Origin: Pseudomonadota bacterium
GTDB taxonomy: Bacteria > Pseudomonadota > Gammaproteobacteria > Burkholderiales > Rhodocyclaceae
Direction: 5' to 3'
DNA length: 64,000 nucleotides
NCBI GenBank assembly: GCA_023459095.1
Contig: JAEWVQ010000148.1
Coordinates: 147 to 64,146 of the forward strand
Shown: one piece after another, positions 41,401 to 52,709 of the stretch
Position numbering within the stretch: position 1 is the first letter of the stretch
Layout of the letters: every line of letters begins with the position of its first letter
Notes under the pieces: model-generated
Seen by the model: only the letters and a program-made list of their open reading frames with translations
The model's database searches: none
What the model was told of the DNA's origin: nothing
Position numbers and translations under genes: made by a program

Positions 41401-43293
41401 TTGAACAATCTCTTCAAGAATCTCGCGATCTGGATGGTCATCGGCGTGGTGCTGATGACGGTATTCAACCAGTTCAACACACGCCAGACTGCGCCCAATA
41501 CCATGGAATATTCGCAGTTCCTGGAAGAGGCGCGGGCGGGGCGCATCGCCAAGGCCACCATTGACGGCCGGCTGGTGCGCGCCACCACCCAGGAGGGGCG
41601 CTCCATCACCGTCTACACGCCGGGGGTGCAGGACATCTGGATGGTGTCCGATCTGATGCGCTACGGAGTCGCGGTCACCGCGACCAAGCCCGAGGAGGAG
41701 CAGTCCTTCCTCGCCAGCATCTTCGTGTCGTGGTTCCCGATGCTGCTGCTGATCGGGGTGTGGATCTTCTTCATGCGCCAGATGCAGGGCGGGGGCAAGG
41801 GCGGAGCGTTCTCGTTCGGCAAGAGCAAGGCACGCATGCTCGACGACACCGCCAACTCGGTGACCTTCGCCGACGTCGCGGGGTGCGACGAGGCCAAGGA
41901 GGAAGTGGCCGAATTGGTCGAGTTCCTGCGCGATCCGTCCAAGTTCCAGAAGCTCGGTGGGCGCATTCCCAAGGGCGTGCTGATGGTCGGCTCGCCCGGT
42001 ACCGGCAAGACCCTGCTCGCCAAGGCGATCGCCGGTGAGGCGAAGGTGCCGTTCTTCTCGATCTCGGGTTCGGATTTCGTCGAGATGTTCGTCGGTGTCG
42101 GCGCGGCGCGTGTGCGCGACATGTTCGAGCAGGCCAAGAAGCACGCGCCATGCATCATCTTCATCGACGAAATCGATGCGGTCGGTCGCCAGCGTGGTGC
42201 CGGCCTCGGCGGCGGCAACGACGAGCGCGAGCAGACGCTGAACCAGTTGCTGGTGGAAATGGACGGTTTCGAGGGCCAGACCGGCGTGATCGTGATCGCC
42301 GCCACCAACCGCCCCGACGTCCTCGATCCGGCGCTGCTGCGCCCGGGGCGTTTCGACCGTCAGGTGGTGGTGTCGCTGCCCGACATCCGCGGCCGCGAGC
42401 AGATTCTCAAGGTCCACATGCGCAAGGTGCCGATCGCCCCCGACGTCGATCCGCAGGTGCTCGCTCGGGGTACGCCGGGTTTCGCCGGCGCCGATCTTGC
42501 GAACCTGGTGAATGAGGCCGCGCTGTTCGCCGCGCGAGGCAACAAGCGCTTGGTCGACATGGAAGACTTCGAGCGCGCCAAGGACAAGATCATGATGGGT
42601 GCCGAGCGTCGCTCGGTGGTGATGCCGGAGGAAGAGCGCCGCAACACGGCGTATCACGAATCCGGTCATGCCGTGGTCGCGAGGCTGCTCGACAAGACCG
42701 ACCCGGTGCACAAGGTCACCATCATCCCGCGCGGCCGCGCGCTGGGGGTGACCATGCAGCTGCCGACCGAGGATCGCTACAGCCAGGATCGTGAGCGTCT
42801 GCTGCAGACCATCACCGTGCTGTTCGGCGGCCGGATCGCCGAAGAAATTTTCATGAAACAGATGACCACCGGCGCTTCCAACGACTTCCAGCGTGCGACC
42901 GACCTCGCGCGCCGCATGGTGACGCAGTGGGGCATGTCGGACACGCTGGGGCCCATGGTTTACGGCGAAGAGGAAGGCGAGATCTTTCTCGGCCGTCAGG
43001 TGACCACGCACCGCAATGTGTCCGAGGCGACGATGCAGAAGGTCGATGCCGAGATTCGGCGCATCATCGACCAGCAGTACGCACTCGCCCGCCGCCTGCT
43101 CGAGGAGAACAGCGACAAGGTCGAAATCATGACCAGCGCGCTGCTCGAATGGGAAACCATCGACGCCGATCAGGTGAACGACATCATGGAAGGCCGCCCG
43201 CCTCGGCCGCCGAAGCCGACCTCGGCGCCGGCGCCGCGCTCGTCCGACGACTCGCCGGGGGCCGCTCCCAACGCCACGGTGCCGGCGGCCTGA
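41401..43293 (+). CDS. ftsH: ATP-dependent zinc metalloprotease FtsH
   Basis: TTG start. Walker A is GSPGTGKT and the zinc site is HESGHAVV. 630 aa. Confidence 0.97.
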   Translation: MNNLFKNLAIWMVIGVVLMTVFNQFNTRQTAPNTMEYSQFLEEARAGRIAKATIDGRLVRATTQEGRSITVYTPGVQDIWMVSDLMRYGVAVTATKPEEEQSFLASIFVSWFPMLLLIGVWIFFMRQMQGGGKGGAFSFGKSKARMLDDTANSVTFADVAGCDEAKEEVAELVEFLRDPSKFQKLGGRIPKGVLMVGSPGTGKTLLAKAIAGEAKVPFFSISGSDFVEMFVGVGAARVRDMFEQAKKHAPCIIFIDEIDAVGRQRGAGLGGGNDEREQTLNQLLVEMDGFEGQTGVIVIAATNRPDVLDPALLRPGRFDRQVVVSLPDIRGREQILKVHMRKVPIAPDVDPQVLARGTPGFAGADLANLVNEAALFAARGNKRLVDMEDFERAKDKIMMGAERRSVVMPEEERRNTAYHESGHAVVARLLDKTDPVHKVTIIPRGRALGVTMQLPTEDRYSQDRERLLQTITVLFGGRIAEEIFMKQMTTGASNDFQRATDLARRMVTQWGMSDTLGPMVYGEEEGEIFLGRQVTTHRNVSEATMQKVDAEIRRIIDQQYALARRLLEENSDKVEIMTSALLEWETIDADQVNDIMEGRPPRPPKPTSAPAPRSSDDSPGAAPNATVPAA

Positions 43294-43316
43294 CGCCCTG
43301 GCTTTCATCGCCCGAC

Positions 43317-43344
43317 GGGCCGGCCTAGCCGGCCCTTTGCTTTT
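43317..43344 (+). terminator. rho-independent terminator after ftsH
   Basis: Stem GGGCCGGC / GCCGGCCC with loop CTA, followed by TTTGCTTTT. Confidence 0.7.
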
Positions 43345-43356
43345 GGAACAGCCGAA

Positions 43357-44178
43357 ATGAGCCTCTTGCAGTGCGGGCGTTTCGCCCTCGATCTTTCCCG
43401 GCCACGGATCATGGCTGTGGTCAATCTGACCGACGATTCGTTTTCTGGTGACGGTCTGCATGACGATGTCGGGGCCGCCCTGCGTCGCGCCGAGGCAGCG
43501 CTTGCCGACGGCGCCGAGATTCTCGACCTCGGCGCCGAGTCGACGCGCCCGGGCAGCGATCCGGTGCCCGAGCAGATCGAGATCGAGCGCCTCGTGCCGG
43601 TGATCGAGGAGTTGGTTAAATGGCATGTGCCGCTTTCGATCGATACCCTCAAGCCCGCGGTGATGCGCGCTGCGCTCGCCGCTGGCGCCGATATGATCAA
43701 CGACGTGAACGGCTTCCGTGCTCAGGGGGCGGTCGAGGCTGTGGCCGAGGGCAGCGCGGCGCTGTGCGTGATGCACATGCAGGGGGCGCCGCGTACCATG
43801 CAGCAGGCACCCAGGTATGGCGACGTGGTCACGGAGGTCGAGGTCTTTCTGACCGAGCGGGTGGCCGCGCTCACCGCAGCGGGAGTGGCGCGTGCGCGGA
43901 TCGTGCTCGATCCCGGCTTCGGTTTCGGCAAGACGCTCGAGCACAACCTCGCGTTGTTGCGGGGTTTGAAGCGTTTCACCGACGGCGGTCTGCCGGTGCT
44001 TGCCGGGCTGTCGCGCAAGAGCATGCTCGGCGCGATCACCGGCCGGGCGGTCGATCAGCGCATGGCGGCGAGCGTTGCCGCAGCGCTGATCGCGGTGCAG
44101 CACGGCGCTCGCATCGTGCGCGTGCATGATGTTGCCGCCACCCGCGACGCCCTCAGGGTATGGCAGGCAGTGTCATAA
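43357..44178 (+). CDS. folP: dihydropteroate synthase
   Basis: IMAVVNLTDDSFSGDG, DLGAESTRPG, GFGFGK. Confidence 0.95.
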   Translation: MSLLQCGRFALDLSRPRIMAVVNLTDDSFSGDGLHDDVGAALRRAEAALADGAEILDLGAESTRPGSDPVPEQIEIERLVPVIEELVKWHVPLSIDTLKPAVMRAALAAGADMINDVNGFRAQGAVEAVAEGSAALCVMHMQGAPRTMQQAPRYGDVVTEVEVFLTERVAALTAAGVARARIVLDPGFGFGKTLEHNLALLRGLKRFTDGGLPVLAGLSRKSMLGAITGRAVDQRMAASVAAALIAVQHGARIVRVHDVAATRDALRVWQAVS

Positions 44179-44214
44179 TTCGCGCTTTGACGGCGAGCAC
44201 AGGCGGGGGAGTCG

Positions 44215-45573
44215 ATGGGGCGCAAGTATTTCGGTACGGATGGCGTGCGGGGTTGCGTGGGCGAGGCGCCGATCACGCCCGAGTTCGTCATGAGGCTGGG
44301 TTACGCCGCCGGCGTTACCCTGGTGGCCCGCGAGAAGCTGCCGACGGGTGAGCGGCCGGCGATCCTCATCGGCAAGGACACGCGGATCTCCGGCTATGTG
44401 CTCGAGGCCGCGCTCGAGGCCGGCTTTGCTGCTGCCGGCGTCGACGTGATGTTGGCCGGACCGATTCCGACTCCCGCCGTTGCCTATCTGACGCGCGCGT
44501 TGCGCCTGCAGGCCGGAGTGGTGATTTCCGCGTCGCACAATCCATTCTACGACAATGGCATTAAATTCTTCTCCGCTGGCGGGGTGAAGCTGCCGGATAC
44601 GGTCGAGGCCGAGATCGAAGGCCGCCTGGAGCAGCCGATGGGCTGCGTGGAGTCGGCCAGGCTCGGTCGCGCGCGGCGGATCAACGATGCCGCCGGGCGT
44701 TACATCGAGTTCTGCAAGAGCACCTTCCCCAACGAACTCGACCTGCGCGGCATGCGCATCGCGCTCGATTGCGCCCATGGCGCGGCCTATCACATCGCGC
44801 CGAGCGTGTTCCATGAGCTCGGCGCAGAGGTTGTGGCGGTCGGTGTCGAGCCCAACGGGCTGAACATCAACGACGGTGTCGGTGCGACCCGGCCAGAGCA
44901 TCTTCGCCAGACCGTGCTGAGCCACGGTGCCGATCTCGGGATTGCGCTCGACGGCGATGGCGACCGCCTGATCATGGTCGATCGCCAGGGCGAGATCTAC
45001 GACGGCGACAAGCTTCTGTACGTGATCGCCGCTGCGCGCAGCGCCGAAGGGCGGCTTGATGGCGTGGTTGGCACGCTGATGAGCAACCTCGGCTTCGAGC
45101 ATGCGATCACGCGTCTGGGCGTGCCGTTCGCGCGCGCCAAGGTCGGTGACCGCTACGTGCTGGAACTGTTGCTGGAGCGGGGCTGGAAGATCGGCGGCGA
45201 GAACTCCGGCCACATCATCTGTCTCGACCGGCACTCTACCGGCGATGGCATCGTCTCCGCGCTGCAGGTGCTTGCCGCGCTCAAGCAGCGCAACTGCACG
45301 CTGACCGCGGCCTGCGCCGATCTCGCCTTCTACCCGCAGCGCCTGATCAATGTCCGCCTGGCCGCGGGCTTCGACTGGCAGAAGGACGACGGTATCGCCG
45401 CGGCATGCCGGCGGGCGGAATGTGAGTTGGGCAGCAAGGGGCGGGTGCTGTTGCGGCCGTCGGGCACCGAGCCCTTGCTACGGGTCATGGTGGAAGGCGT
45501 GGATGGTGCACAGGTCGAACATCTTGCTCGCCTGATCGCCGAAGCCGTGGAGAGCGCGCAGTCCGACGACTGA
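44215..45573 (+). CDS. glmM: phosphoglucosamine mutase
   Basis: YFGTDGVRG, phosphoserine loop [15 protein letters not shown]. Confidence 0.95.
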   Translation: MGRKYFGTDGVRGCVGEAPITPEFVMRLGYAAGVTLVAREKLPTGERPAILIGKDTRISGYVLEAALEAGFAAAGVDVMLAGPIPTPAVAYLTRALRLQAGVVISASHNPFYDNGIKFFSAGGVKLPDTVEAEIEGRLEQPMGCVESARLGRARRINDAAGRYIEFCKSTFPNELDLRGMRIALDCAHGAAYHIAPSVFHELGAEVVAVGVEPNGLNINDGVGATRPEHLRQTVLSHGADLGIALDGDGDRLIMVDRQGEIYDGDKLLYVIAAARSAEGRLDGVVGTLMSNLGFEHAITRLGVPFARAKVGDRYVLELLLERGWKIGGENSGHIICLDRHSTGDGIVSALQVLAALKQRNCTLTAACADLAFYPQRLINVRLAAGFDWQKDDGIAAACRRAECELGSKGRVLLRPSGTEPLLRVMVEGVDGAQVEHLARLIAEAVESAQSDD

Positions 45574-45690
45574 CGAGGGGCGGTGTGCCGGAGTGTGACG
45601 CTCCGGTGCCTGCTTGATGACATGAAACGTCGCTGTAACATTGAGTTGCTACCTTAGCGGTCGAGTCCTTACCAACCCGAGGTCGTTACG

Positions 45691-46731
45691 ATGCGTTTCC
45701 CTTCCAAGCTCGCTCTCGCCGTCTCCTCTGCCGTCCTGTTCGCCGCCGGTGCCCAGGCCGCCGACATTACCGGTGCGGGGGCTTCGTTCCCGGCTCCGAT
45801 CTACGCCAAGTGGGCCGATGCTTACCAGAAGGCGACCGGCAACCGGGTGAACTACCAGTCGATCGGTTCGAGCGGCGGCATTCGCCAGATCACCGCGAAG
45901 ACCGTCGATTTCGGCGCGTCGGACATGCCGCTCAAGCCCGAGGCGCTGCAGAAGGATGGGCTGCAGCAGTTCCCGACCGTGGTCGGTGGCGTGGTCCCGG
46001 TGGTCAATCTGCAAGGGATCAAGCCGGGTGATCTGAAGTTCTCCGGCAAGCTGCTCGCCGACATCTACCAGGGCAAGATCACCAAGTGGAACGACAAGGC
46101 GATCGCCGAGCTGAATCCGGGGGTTGCGCTGCCGGATCAAGACATCGGTGTCGTGCGCCGCGCCGATGGTTCGGGCACCACCTTCGTGTTCACCAACTAC
46201 CTCTCCAAGGTGTCGCCGGAGTGGAAGGAGAAGATCGGCGAAGGTACCGCGGTGCAGTGGCCGGTGGGTCTGGGTGGCAAGGGTAACGAAGGGGTCTCGG
46301 CCTTCGTCCAGCGTCTGCCGGGTTCGATCGGTTACGTCGAGTACGCCTATGCCAAGCAGAACAAGCTGGCGCACGCGATCATGCAGAACAAGGATGGCGA
46401 GTTCGTCGAGCCGAGCGAGGCGAGCTTCGCCGCCGCGGCCGAGGGTGCCGACTGGAGCAAGTCCGCGTTCTACGAGATCCTCACCGAGCAGCCGGGCAAG
46501 AAGGCGTGGCCGATCACCAGTGCGACCTTCATCCTGATGCACAGCAAGCAGGACAAGCCGGCGCAGGCGCTCGAGGCGCTGAAGTTCTTCGACTGGGCCT
46601 ATGCCAACGGTGGCAAGATGGCGAGCGAGCTGGACTACGTGCCGTTGCCGCAGGCGACCATCGATCTGATCCGCAAGTCCTGGGGGCAGATCAAGGATGG
46701 TGCCGGCGCCTCGGTGTATTCCGCCCAGTAA
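45691..46731 (+). CDS. pstS: phosphate ABC transporter substrate-binding protein
   Basis: Signal peptide, [17 protein letters not shown] and SIGSSGGI. Confidence 0.95.
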   Translation: MRFPSKLALAVSSAVLFAAGAQAADITGAGASFPAPIYAKWADAYQKATGNRVNYQSIGSSGGIRQITAKTVDFGASDMPLKPEALQKDGLQQFPTVVGGVVPVVNLQGIKPGDLKFSGKLLADIYQGKITKWNDKAIAELNPGVALPDQDIGVVRRADGSGTTFVFTNYLSKVSPEWKEKIGEGTAVQWPVGLGGKGNEGVSAFVQRLPGSIGYVEYAYAKQNKLAHAIMQNKDGEFVEPSEASFAAAAEGADWSKSAFYEILTEQPGKKAWPITSATFILMHSKQDKPAQALEALKFFDWAYANGGKMASELDYVPLPQATIDLIRKSWGQIKDGAGASVYSAQ

Positions 46732-46771
46732 TCCGGCGCGGATGATTGCCCGTGGTTCAACGTGACCAACA

Positions 46772-46833
46772 GCCGAAGGCCGGGGAGGCCTTCGGCCTCA
46801 CTCTTTCTGCGGGCGGCGGCACTGCTGCCGCCC
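46772..46833 (+). promoter_or_regulatory. two GC-rich hairpins in the pstS-pstC spacer
   Basis: Hairpin 1 (46772-46796) has a 10-bp stem GCCGAAGGCC / GGCCTTCGGC with loop GGGGA. Hairpin 2 (46811-46833) is GGGCGGC...GCCGCCC followed by TTT. Confidence 0.6.
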
Positions 46834-46847
46834 TTTCGGGCCCTTCG

Positions 46848-47810
46848 ATGGCAGCGATCGAATCCAAGTCCCCGGCCTCGCGCAAGCTCGGCGATCGTCT
46901 CTTTGCCGGTACCGCCCGTGCCTTCGCCATCCTGACGCTGCTGCTGCTGGGCGGGATCATGGTGTCGCTCACGGTGGCGTCGTGGCCGAGCATTCAGACC
47001 TTCGGGTTGGGCTTCGTCTTCTCCACCGACTGGAATCCGCCGATGGAGAAGTTCGGCGCTCTGATCCCGGTCTATGGCACGCTGGTGACCTCGGTGATCG
47101 CGCTGCTCATTGCGGTGCCGGTGAGTTTCGGCATCGCCCTGTTCCTGACCGAGCTGTCGCCGGTATGGCTGCGCAGGCCGCTGGGAACCGCGATCGAGCT
47201 GCTCGCGGCGATTCCCAGCATCGTCTACGGCATGTGGGGGTTGCTGGTGTTTGCGCCGATCTTCGCCCAGTACGTGCAGCCTGCGCTGCAGGGCACGCTC
47301 GGCAAGCTGCCGGTGATCGGTGCGCTGTTCGCCGGTCCGCCGTTGGGCATCGGCCTGCTGTGCGCGGGCATCATTCTCGCGATCATGATCATTCCCTACA
47401 TTGCCTCGGTGATGCGTGACGTCTTCGAGGTCACGCCGCCGATGCTCAAGGAGTCGGCTTACGGCGTGGGGTGTACGACCTGGGAAGTGATGTGGGGCGT
47501 GGTCCTGCCTTACACCAAGACCGGGGTGATCGGCGGCGTGATGCTCGGCCTCGGGCGCGCGCTCGGCGAGACCATGGCGGTCACTTTCGTTATCGGCAAC
47601 ACCAACTTCCTGAATTCGGCCTCCCTGTTCGATCCCGGCAACAGCATCACCTCGGCGCTGGCGAACGAGTTCGCCGAAGCCGATCCCGGTCTGCATACCT
47701 CGTCGCTGATGGAACTCGGCCTGATCCTGTTCGTGATCACGATGCTGGTGCTGGTGGTGTCCAAGTTGCTGCTGCTCAAACTCGCCCGCGGCGAGGGTGC
47801 GAAGAGCTGA
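46848..47810 (+). CDS. pstC: phosphate ABC transporter permease PstC
   Basis: Track ORF 46746..47810 trimmed to ATG 46848. The 320 aa product is colinear with E. coli PstC ([28 protein letters not shown]). Confidence 0.9.
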   Translation: MAAIESKSPASRKLGDRLFAGTARAFAILTLLLLGGIMVSLTVASWPSIQTFGLGFVFSTDWNPPMEKFGALIPVYGTLVTSVIALLIAVPVSFGIALFLTELSPVWLRRPLGTAIELLAAIPSIVYGMWGLLVFAPIFAQYVQPALQGTLGKLPVIGALFAGPPLGIGLLCAGIILAIMIIPYIASVMRDVFEVTPPMLKESAYGVGCTTWEVMWGVVLPYTKTGVIGGVMLGLGRALGETMAVTFVIGNTNFLNSASLFDPGNSITSALANEFAEADPGLHTSSLMELGLILFVITMLVLVVSKLLLLKLARGEGAKS

Positions 47811-47819
47811 GGAAGAGTC

Positions 47820-48662
47820 ATGACCCTTCATTCGAGACGCAAGCTCATCAATCGTTTCGCCCTGACCCTGTCGCTGGGGGCGATGGCCTTCGGCATGTTC
47901 TGGCTGGCGTGGATTCTGTTCACCGTGTTCGAACTCGGGCTCTCGGGCCTGTCGCTGAGCTTGTTCACCGAGATGACGCCGCCGCCGGGCGCGGAAACCG
48001 GCGGCTTGCTCAACGCGATCGTCGGCAGCCTGCTGCTGGTCGGCCTGGCGACGCTGATCGGCACACCGGTCGGCATTCTCGCCGGGGTCTATCTCGCCGA
48101 GTATGGGCGCTACAACCTGCTCGGCAAGGTCACGCGCTTCATCAACGACCTGCTGCTGTCGGCGCCGTCGATCGTCATCGGCCTTTTCGTGTATGCGGTG
48201 GTGGTCGCGCAGACCGGACGCTTTTCGGCCTGGTCCGGGGTGATCGCGCTGGCGCTGATCGTGCTGCCGGTGGTGGTGCGGACCACCGAGAACATGTTGC
48301 AGCTGATCCCGAACACGCTGCGCGAGGCTGCGTTCGCGCTCGGCGCGACCAAGAGCGTGGTGATCTCCAAGGTCACCCTGCGTGCGGCGCGCGCCGGGGT
48401 GCTCACCGGCGTGCTGCTCGCGGTGGCGCGGATCTCGGGGGAAACGGCGCCGCTGTTGTTTACCGCGCTGTCCAACCAGTTCTGGTCGGTGAATCTGAAC
48501 GAGCCGATCGCCAACCTCCCGGTCATCATCTTCAAGTTCGCGATGAGCCCCTTCTCCAACTGGCAGGAGCTTGCCTGGGCCGGCGTGTTCCTGATCACCA
48601 TGGGCGTGCTGGCGCTCAACATCATCGCCCGCGTGTTCCTGCGGGCCGAGAAGATCAATTAA
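47820..48662 (+). CDS. pstA: phosphate ABC transporter permease PstA
   Basis: [10 protein letters not shown] and [14 protein letters not shown]. Confidence 0.9.
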   Translation: MTLHSRRKLINRFALTLSLGAMAFGMFWLAWILFTVFELGLSGLSLSLFTEMTPPPGAETGGLLNAIVGSLLLVGLATLIGTPVGILAGVYLAEYGRYNLLGKVTRFINDLLLSAPSIVIGLFVYAVVVAQTGRFSAWSGVIALALIVLPVVVRTTENMLQLIPNTLREAAFALGATKSVVISKVTLRAARAGVLTGVLLAVARISGETAPLLFTALSNQFWSVNLNEPIANLPVIIFKFAMSPFSNWQELAWAGVFLITMGVLALNIIARVFLRAEKIN

Positions 48663-48731
48663 GGATCAACCCAGGCTCAGCGTAGCCAACTGACGGTCTG
48701 CAGGGCGGCGCGGGCGCCGCCCGGATCGAGG

Positions 48732-49502
48732 ATGAAAATGGAAATCACCGACGCGCAAATCGAGTTCAAGGATTTCAACTTCTATTACGGCAAGTTCCAT
48801 GCGCTGAAGAACATCAACTTCCGCATGGCGCGCCACAAGGTCACCGCCTTCATCGGCCCGTCGGGGTGCGGCAAGTCGACGCTGCTGCGCACGATCAACC
48901 GCATGTACGACCTGTACCCGGAGCAACGCGCCGAAGGGCGGTTGATGTTCGACGGTCGCAACCTGCTCGACAAGGACATCGACGTCAGCGTGCTGCGCGC
49001 CAAGATCGGCATGGTGTTCCAGAAGCCGACGCCGTTCCCGATGTCGATCTACGACAACATCGCCTTTGGCGTGAAGCTGCACGAGCGCCTGTCGGCGAGC
49101 GAGATGGACGAGCGCGTGGAGTGGGGTCTGCGCAAGGCCGCGCTATGGGACGAGGTCAAGGACAAGCTCCACCAGAGCGGCATGAGCCTGTCGGGCGGCC
49201 AGCAGCAGCGCCTGTGCATCGCGCGCGCGATTGCGGTGCGCCCCGAGGTGATCCTGCTCGACGAGCCGACTTCGGCGCTCGACCCGATCTCCACCTCGCG
49301 CATCGAGGAACTGGTGAACGAGCTCAAGGACGAGTTCACCATCGTCATCGTGACCCACAACATGCAGCAGGCCGCGCGGATTTCCGACTACACCGCCTAT
49401 ATGTACCTGGGCGAGATGGTCGAGTTCGGCGAAACCGACGAACTCTTCGTCAAGCCCAAGATGCAGGCCACCGAAGACTACATTACCGGCCGTTTCGGCT
49501 GA
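48732..49502 (+). CDS. pstB: phosphate ABC transporter ATP-binding protein
   Basis: Walker [10 protein letters not shown], signature [14 protein letters not shown] and Walker [12 protein letters not shown]. Confidence 0.95.
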   Translation: MKMEITDAQIEFKDFNFYYGKFHALKNINFRMARHKVTAFIGPSGCGKSTLLRTINRMYDLYPEQRAEGRLMFDGRNLLDKDIDVSVLRAKIGMVFQKPTPFPMSIYDNIAFGVKLHERLSASEMDERVEWGLRKAALWDEVKDKLHQSGMSLSGGQQQRLCIARAIAVRPEVILLDEPTSALDPISTSRIEELVNELKDEFTIVIVTHNMQQAARISDYTAYMYLGEMVEFGETDELFVKPKMQATEDYITGRFG

Positions 49503-49515
49503 GTCCGGACCGTAT

Positions 49516-49540
49516 GGGGTGCGCTGCACCCCGTTTTTTT
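49516..49540 (+). terminator. rho-independent terminator after pstB
   Basis: Stem GGGGTGC / GCACCCC with loop GCT, followed by seven T. Confidence 0.85.
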
Positions 49541-49549
49541 GCGCAACGC

Positions 49550-49565
49550 TTCAATTAATATTGAA
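49550..49565. promoter_or_regulatory. perfect 6-4-6 inverted repeat TTCAAT-TAAT-ATTGAA upstream of the second chemoreceptor gene
   Basis: Read directly from the sequence. It lies 82 nt upstream of ATG 49647 and 10 nt after the pstB terminator. Confidence 0.5.
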
Positions 49566-49646
49566 ATATTGCCGGTTTGCATCGCGTCATCAGGGCGCAA
49601 CGGGGCAGGGCTACAGTCCGGGCCGTTTCTGTCTCGAACTGCACCG

Positions 49647-51263
49647 ATGAGTATTCGCCGTCATCTTGTCATTCTCCTGGTTGTCGTCACCGTTGCGCTG
49701 CTCGGGCTCGGGGCGGTCGCACTGCAGCAGTTCCAGCACAACGCGGTCGCCGTGCGTGCGCTCACCGACCGCAGCGTGCCGGCCCTGCTGTCGGCGGCGC
49801 AGATCGGCTCGCATCTCAAGTCCGTGCAACTGGCGGTGATCGGCGCGATCAACGAAGCCGACGATGCTGCCGTCGAGCCGTCGCTGCGCCAACTGGCTGC
49901 GGTGAAGGTCGCCCTCCAGCACGAATTCGCCGTGCAGCGCGACGGTGCGACGAGCGACGCGCAGCGTGGTCTGGTGGTCCAGGCGCAGGCGAGCCTCGAC
50001 AGCTACTTCGCCGTGGTCGACGAGGTGCTCGGCCTGCGCGCGGCCGGACAGCAGGCTGTCGCCGGGGCGATGCTGGCCGGCAACGCCGGACCTTATCTGC
50101 AGGAACTGGAGCAGGTGTTCGATACCCTGCTGATCGAGAAGGCGCGCGCCAACGAGGCCTCGCTGGCAGCGGTCACCACCGTCCGCGAGCGTGCGGTGCT
50201 CGTGTTGTCGGCGCTGCTCGGCGTGGCGGCGGTGCTGCTCGTCGGGCTCGGCTACCGGCTCTATGGCCGGATCGCGCGCCCGCTGCGCGACATGGAGGAG
50301 GCGATGGCGGCGGTCGCGGCTGATCTCGACTTCACGCGACGGGTGGCGGTGATGCGCGACGACGAGGTCGGGCAGTCGATCCGCGCCTTCAATTCACTGC
50401 TCGACACCCTGCAGCGCAGCCTGTCGGAGATGGTCGAGGTGATCCGCGGCAACGAGGTCGTTGCCGCGCAGATGCACGAATCGGCGTCGGCGCTGGCCGA
50501 CATCGCCGTCGATGGCAGCGCGTCGTCACGTGTCATCCAGCGCGCGGTGAGGGAAGTGCAGGCGCAGATCGAGCGCATCGATGCCGACACGCGGCAGGCG
50601 GGCGGGCTCTCCGCCGATTCAGGGGCGCTGGCGACCACCAACGGCGGCGTGATCCGCGAGGCGACGGCGCGCATCAACACGCTGGCGCAGGCAGTGGAGA
50701 GCGCAGCGCAGCGCGTGTATGCGCTCGCCGCGGCGAGTGGGCGGATTGCCGGGCGCATCGAGGAAATTCACGAAATCGCCGACCAGACCAATCTGCTAGC
50801 GCTCAACGCGGCGATCGAGGCGGCGCGGGCGGGGGAGGCGGGGCGCGGCTTTGCCGTGGTCGCCAACGAGGTGCGCAAGCTCGCGGAGCGCGTCGCCGGC
50901 TCGACCCGCGAGATCTCCGCCCAGGTCGGCGACATCGACTCGACCGCCGAGGGGGCGACCGCGTTGATGCGCCAGGTCATCGACGAGATGCGCCGCAACA
51001 TCGAGCTCAACGCGTCGGCGGGGGTGTCGATGGAGGATATCGAGGTCGCCGCCCGTCGTGTCGTCGGCGTCGTCGACGAGATCGGTCGCCAGGTGGTCTC
51101 GGGCCATGCCAGGAGCACGGAGATCGTCACCCAGGTCGATACCATCGAGGCGCTGATGAACAGGGCGACGACTGCCGCGGGCCGGACCCGCGACTGTGCC
51201 GACTCGATACGCGCGATATCCACCGACATGACGCTGATCGTCCGCCGCTTCCGCATTGCCTGA
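49647..51263 (+). CDS. methyl-accepting chemotaxis protein
   Basis: Track ORF trimmed to ATG 49647 ([21 protein letters not shown]). It has a HAMP domain and the signalling hairpin [32 protein letters not shown]. Confidence 0.9.
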   Translation: MSIRRHLVILLVVVTVALLGLGAVALQQFQHNAVAVRALTDRSVPALLSAAQIGSHLKSVQLAVIGAINEADDAAVEPSLRQLAAVKVALQHEFAVQRDGATSDAQRGLVVQAQASLDSYFAVVDEVLGLRAAGQQAVAGAMLAGNAGPYLQELEQVFDTLLIEKARANEASLAAVTTVRERAVLVLSALLGVAAVLLVGLGYRLYGRIARPLRDMEEAMAAVAADLDFTRRVAVMRDDEVGQSIRAFNSLLDTLQRSLSEMVEVIRGNEVVAAQMHESASALADIAVDGSASSRVIQRAVREVQAQIERIDADTRQAGGLSADSGALATTNGGVIREATARINTLAQAVESAAQRVYALAAASGRIAGRIEEIHEIADQTNLLALNAAIEAARAGEAGRGFAVVANEVRKLAERVAGSTREISAQVGDIDSTAEGATALMRQVIDEMRRNIELNASAGVSMEDIEVAARRVVGVVDEIGRQVVSGHARSTEIVTQVDTIEALMNRATTAAGRTRDCADSIRAISTDMTLIVRRFRIA

Positions 51264-51308
51264 GGGTGCGCCGACGCGCAGCGCGAGCGGCGGTTTCGCG
51301 GCGCCGGT

Positions 51309-51337
51309 TTGCCTGCCTTTTCACGGCCGCATATAAT
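51309..51337 (+). promoter_or_regulatory. candidate sigma70 promoter of tpiA (TTGCCT-17 nt-TATAAT)
   Basis: The hexamers lie at 51309-51314 and 51332-51337. Confidence 0.45.
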
Positions 51338-51364
51338 CGAGCGATTTGGCGGACAGAACTGGAC

Positions 51365-52096
51365 GTGGCGAAGAAACTCGTTGCCGGAAACTGGAAGATG
51401 AACGGCGGGCTCGTCCCGAACCGCGCACTTCTGTCGGCGCTGGCGGCTGTTCCCGGGGTCGAAACCGCGGTGTGCGTGCCCTATCCCTACTTGGCGCAGG
51501 CTGCGGCCCTGCTCGATGGCATTGCGCTTGGCGCGCAGGATGTGAGCGAGTTTCGCGCCGGGGCCTACACCGGTGAGGTCAGTGCGGCGATGCTGGCCGA
51601 ATTCGATTGCCGCTACGTGATCGTCGGTCATTCCGAGCGCCGCGCGCTGTTCGGCGAAGACGATGCGGTGGTCGGGCGCAAGGCGGTCGCCGCGCTCGAC
51701 GCCGGGTTGGTGCCGATCGTGTGCGTGGGCGAGACCCTGCTCGAGCGCGAATCCGGGCGGCAGATCGAGGTCATCACCCGTCAGCTCGAGGCGGTCGCGG
51801 CGGTGCTCGGTGATGCGCTGGCGCGGATCGTGATCGCCTACGAGCCGGTGTGGGCGATCGGCACTGGCCGCTCGGCCAGTGCCGAGCAGGCCAATGCGGT
51901 GCATGCCGACATTCGCGCGTGGTTGCGTGGGCGTGGTGTGATGGCTGAGGCGGTGCGCATCCTGTATGGCGGCAGCGTGAAGCCGGACAACGCGCGCGAG
52001 CTCTTTGCCATGCGCGAGATCGATGGTGGCCTGATCGGCGGTGCCGCGCTGGTGGCCGAGGATTTCATGGCGATCTGCGCTGCGGCTGCAGATTGA
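51365..52096 (+). CDS. tpiA: triosephosphate isomerase
   Basis: Track ORF trimmed to GTG 51365 ([14 protein letters not shown]). Motifs are GHSERR and [10 protein letters not shown]. The start is chosen by homology and the RBS is weak. Confidence 0.9.
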   Translation: MAKKLVAGNWKMNGGLVPNRALLSALAAVPGVETAVCVPYPYLAQAAALLDGIALGAQDVSEFRAGAYTGEVSAAMLAEFDCRYVIVGHSERRALFGEDDAVVGRKAVAALDAGLVPIVCVGETLLERESGRQIEVITRQLEAVAAVLGDALARIVIAYEPVWAIGTGRSASAEQANAVHADIRAWLRGRGVMAEAVRILYGGSVKPDNARELFAMREIDGGLIGGAALVAEDFMAICAAAAD

Positions 52097-52131
52097 ATCT
52101 TTCTGAAACAAGCTGATTTTCAAGGTCTGCG

Positions 52132-52494
52132 ATGAACGACATTCTTTTTTCCCTGGTTTTGACGGTCCACGTCCTGGTGGGTCTCGGTGTCATCGGTCTG
52201 GTTCTGGTGCAGCACGGCAAGGGGGCCGACATGGGGGCGGCGTTCGGCGGCGGTTCGTCGGGCAGTCTGTTCGGCTCTTCGGGGTCGGCGAACTTTCTCA
52301 GTCGCACCACTGCGGTGCTGGCCACCATGTTCTTCATCACCAGCCTGAGTCTCAGCTATCTCGCCAGCAACAAGCCTGCCGGTCCTTCCAGCGTCATGGA
52401 AGGTGCTGCGCCGGCAGCGCCGGCGGTGGAGAGCGTCCCGGCTGTGCCCGAAGTCCCTGCTGACGCCTCCAAGGCGCAATCGATTCCGAAATAA
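52132..52494 (+). CDS. secG: preprotein translocase subunit SecG
   Basis: [38 protein letters not shown]. Confidence 0.9.
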   Translation: MNDILFSLVLTVHVLVGLGVIGLVLVQHGKGADMGAAFGGGSSGSLFGSSGSANFLSRTTAVLATMFFITSLSLSYLASNKPAGPSSVMEGAAPAAPAVESVPAVPEVPADASKAQSIPK

Positions 52495-52507
52495 TCCGAA
52501 AATTCGC

Positions 52508-52536
52508 TTTGCGCAGTGCGCAAATGATCGTATAAT
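52508..52536 (+). promoter_or_regulatory. candidate promoter of tRNA-Leu/nuo (TTGCGC-16 nt-TATAAT) whose -35 lies inside a perfect 8-1-8 palindrome TTTGCGCAgTGCGCAAA
   Basis: The palindrome lies at 52508-52524, the -35 at 52509-52514 and the -10 at 52531-52536. Confidence 0.45.
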
Positions 52537-52559
52537 TCTTTTGCTGTAACAAACGCAGC

Positions 52560-52644
52560 GCCGACGTGGTGAAATTGGTAGACACGCTATCTTGAGGGGG
52601 TAGTGGCGAAAGCCGTGTGAGTTCGAGTCTCACCGTCGGCACCA
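52560..52644 (+). tRNA. tRNA-Leu (anticodon GAG)
   Basis: 85 nt with a long variable arm. The acceptor is GCCGACG/CGTCGGC, the anticodon arm is CTATC-TTGAGGG-GGTAG and CCA is encoded. Confidence 0.9.
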
Positions 52645-52652
52645 GAATGCAG

Positions 52653-52676
52653 AACGCCCGCGCATGCGGGCGTTTC
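52653..52676 (+). terminator. hairpin/terminator after tRNA-Leu
   Basis: Stem AACGCCCGC / GCGGGCGTT with loop GCAT, followed by TC. The U-tract is short, so read-through into nuo is plausible. Confidence 0.5.
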
Positions 52677-52709
52677 TACGCCGGGCGACCAAAACAATAA
52701 TGGCGGCAA

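Noticed and set aside
45574-45690. Pho box upstream of pstS.
   Set aside because: Fragments such as CTGTAAC and, on the other strand, TGTCATC are present. They do not have the 11-bp spaced tandem arrangement, so I could not support a call by eye.
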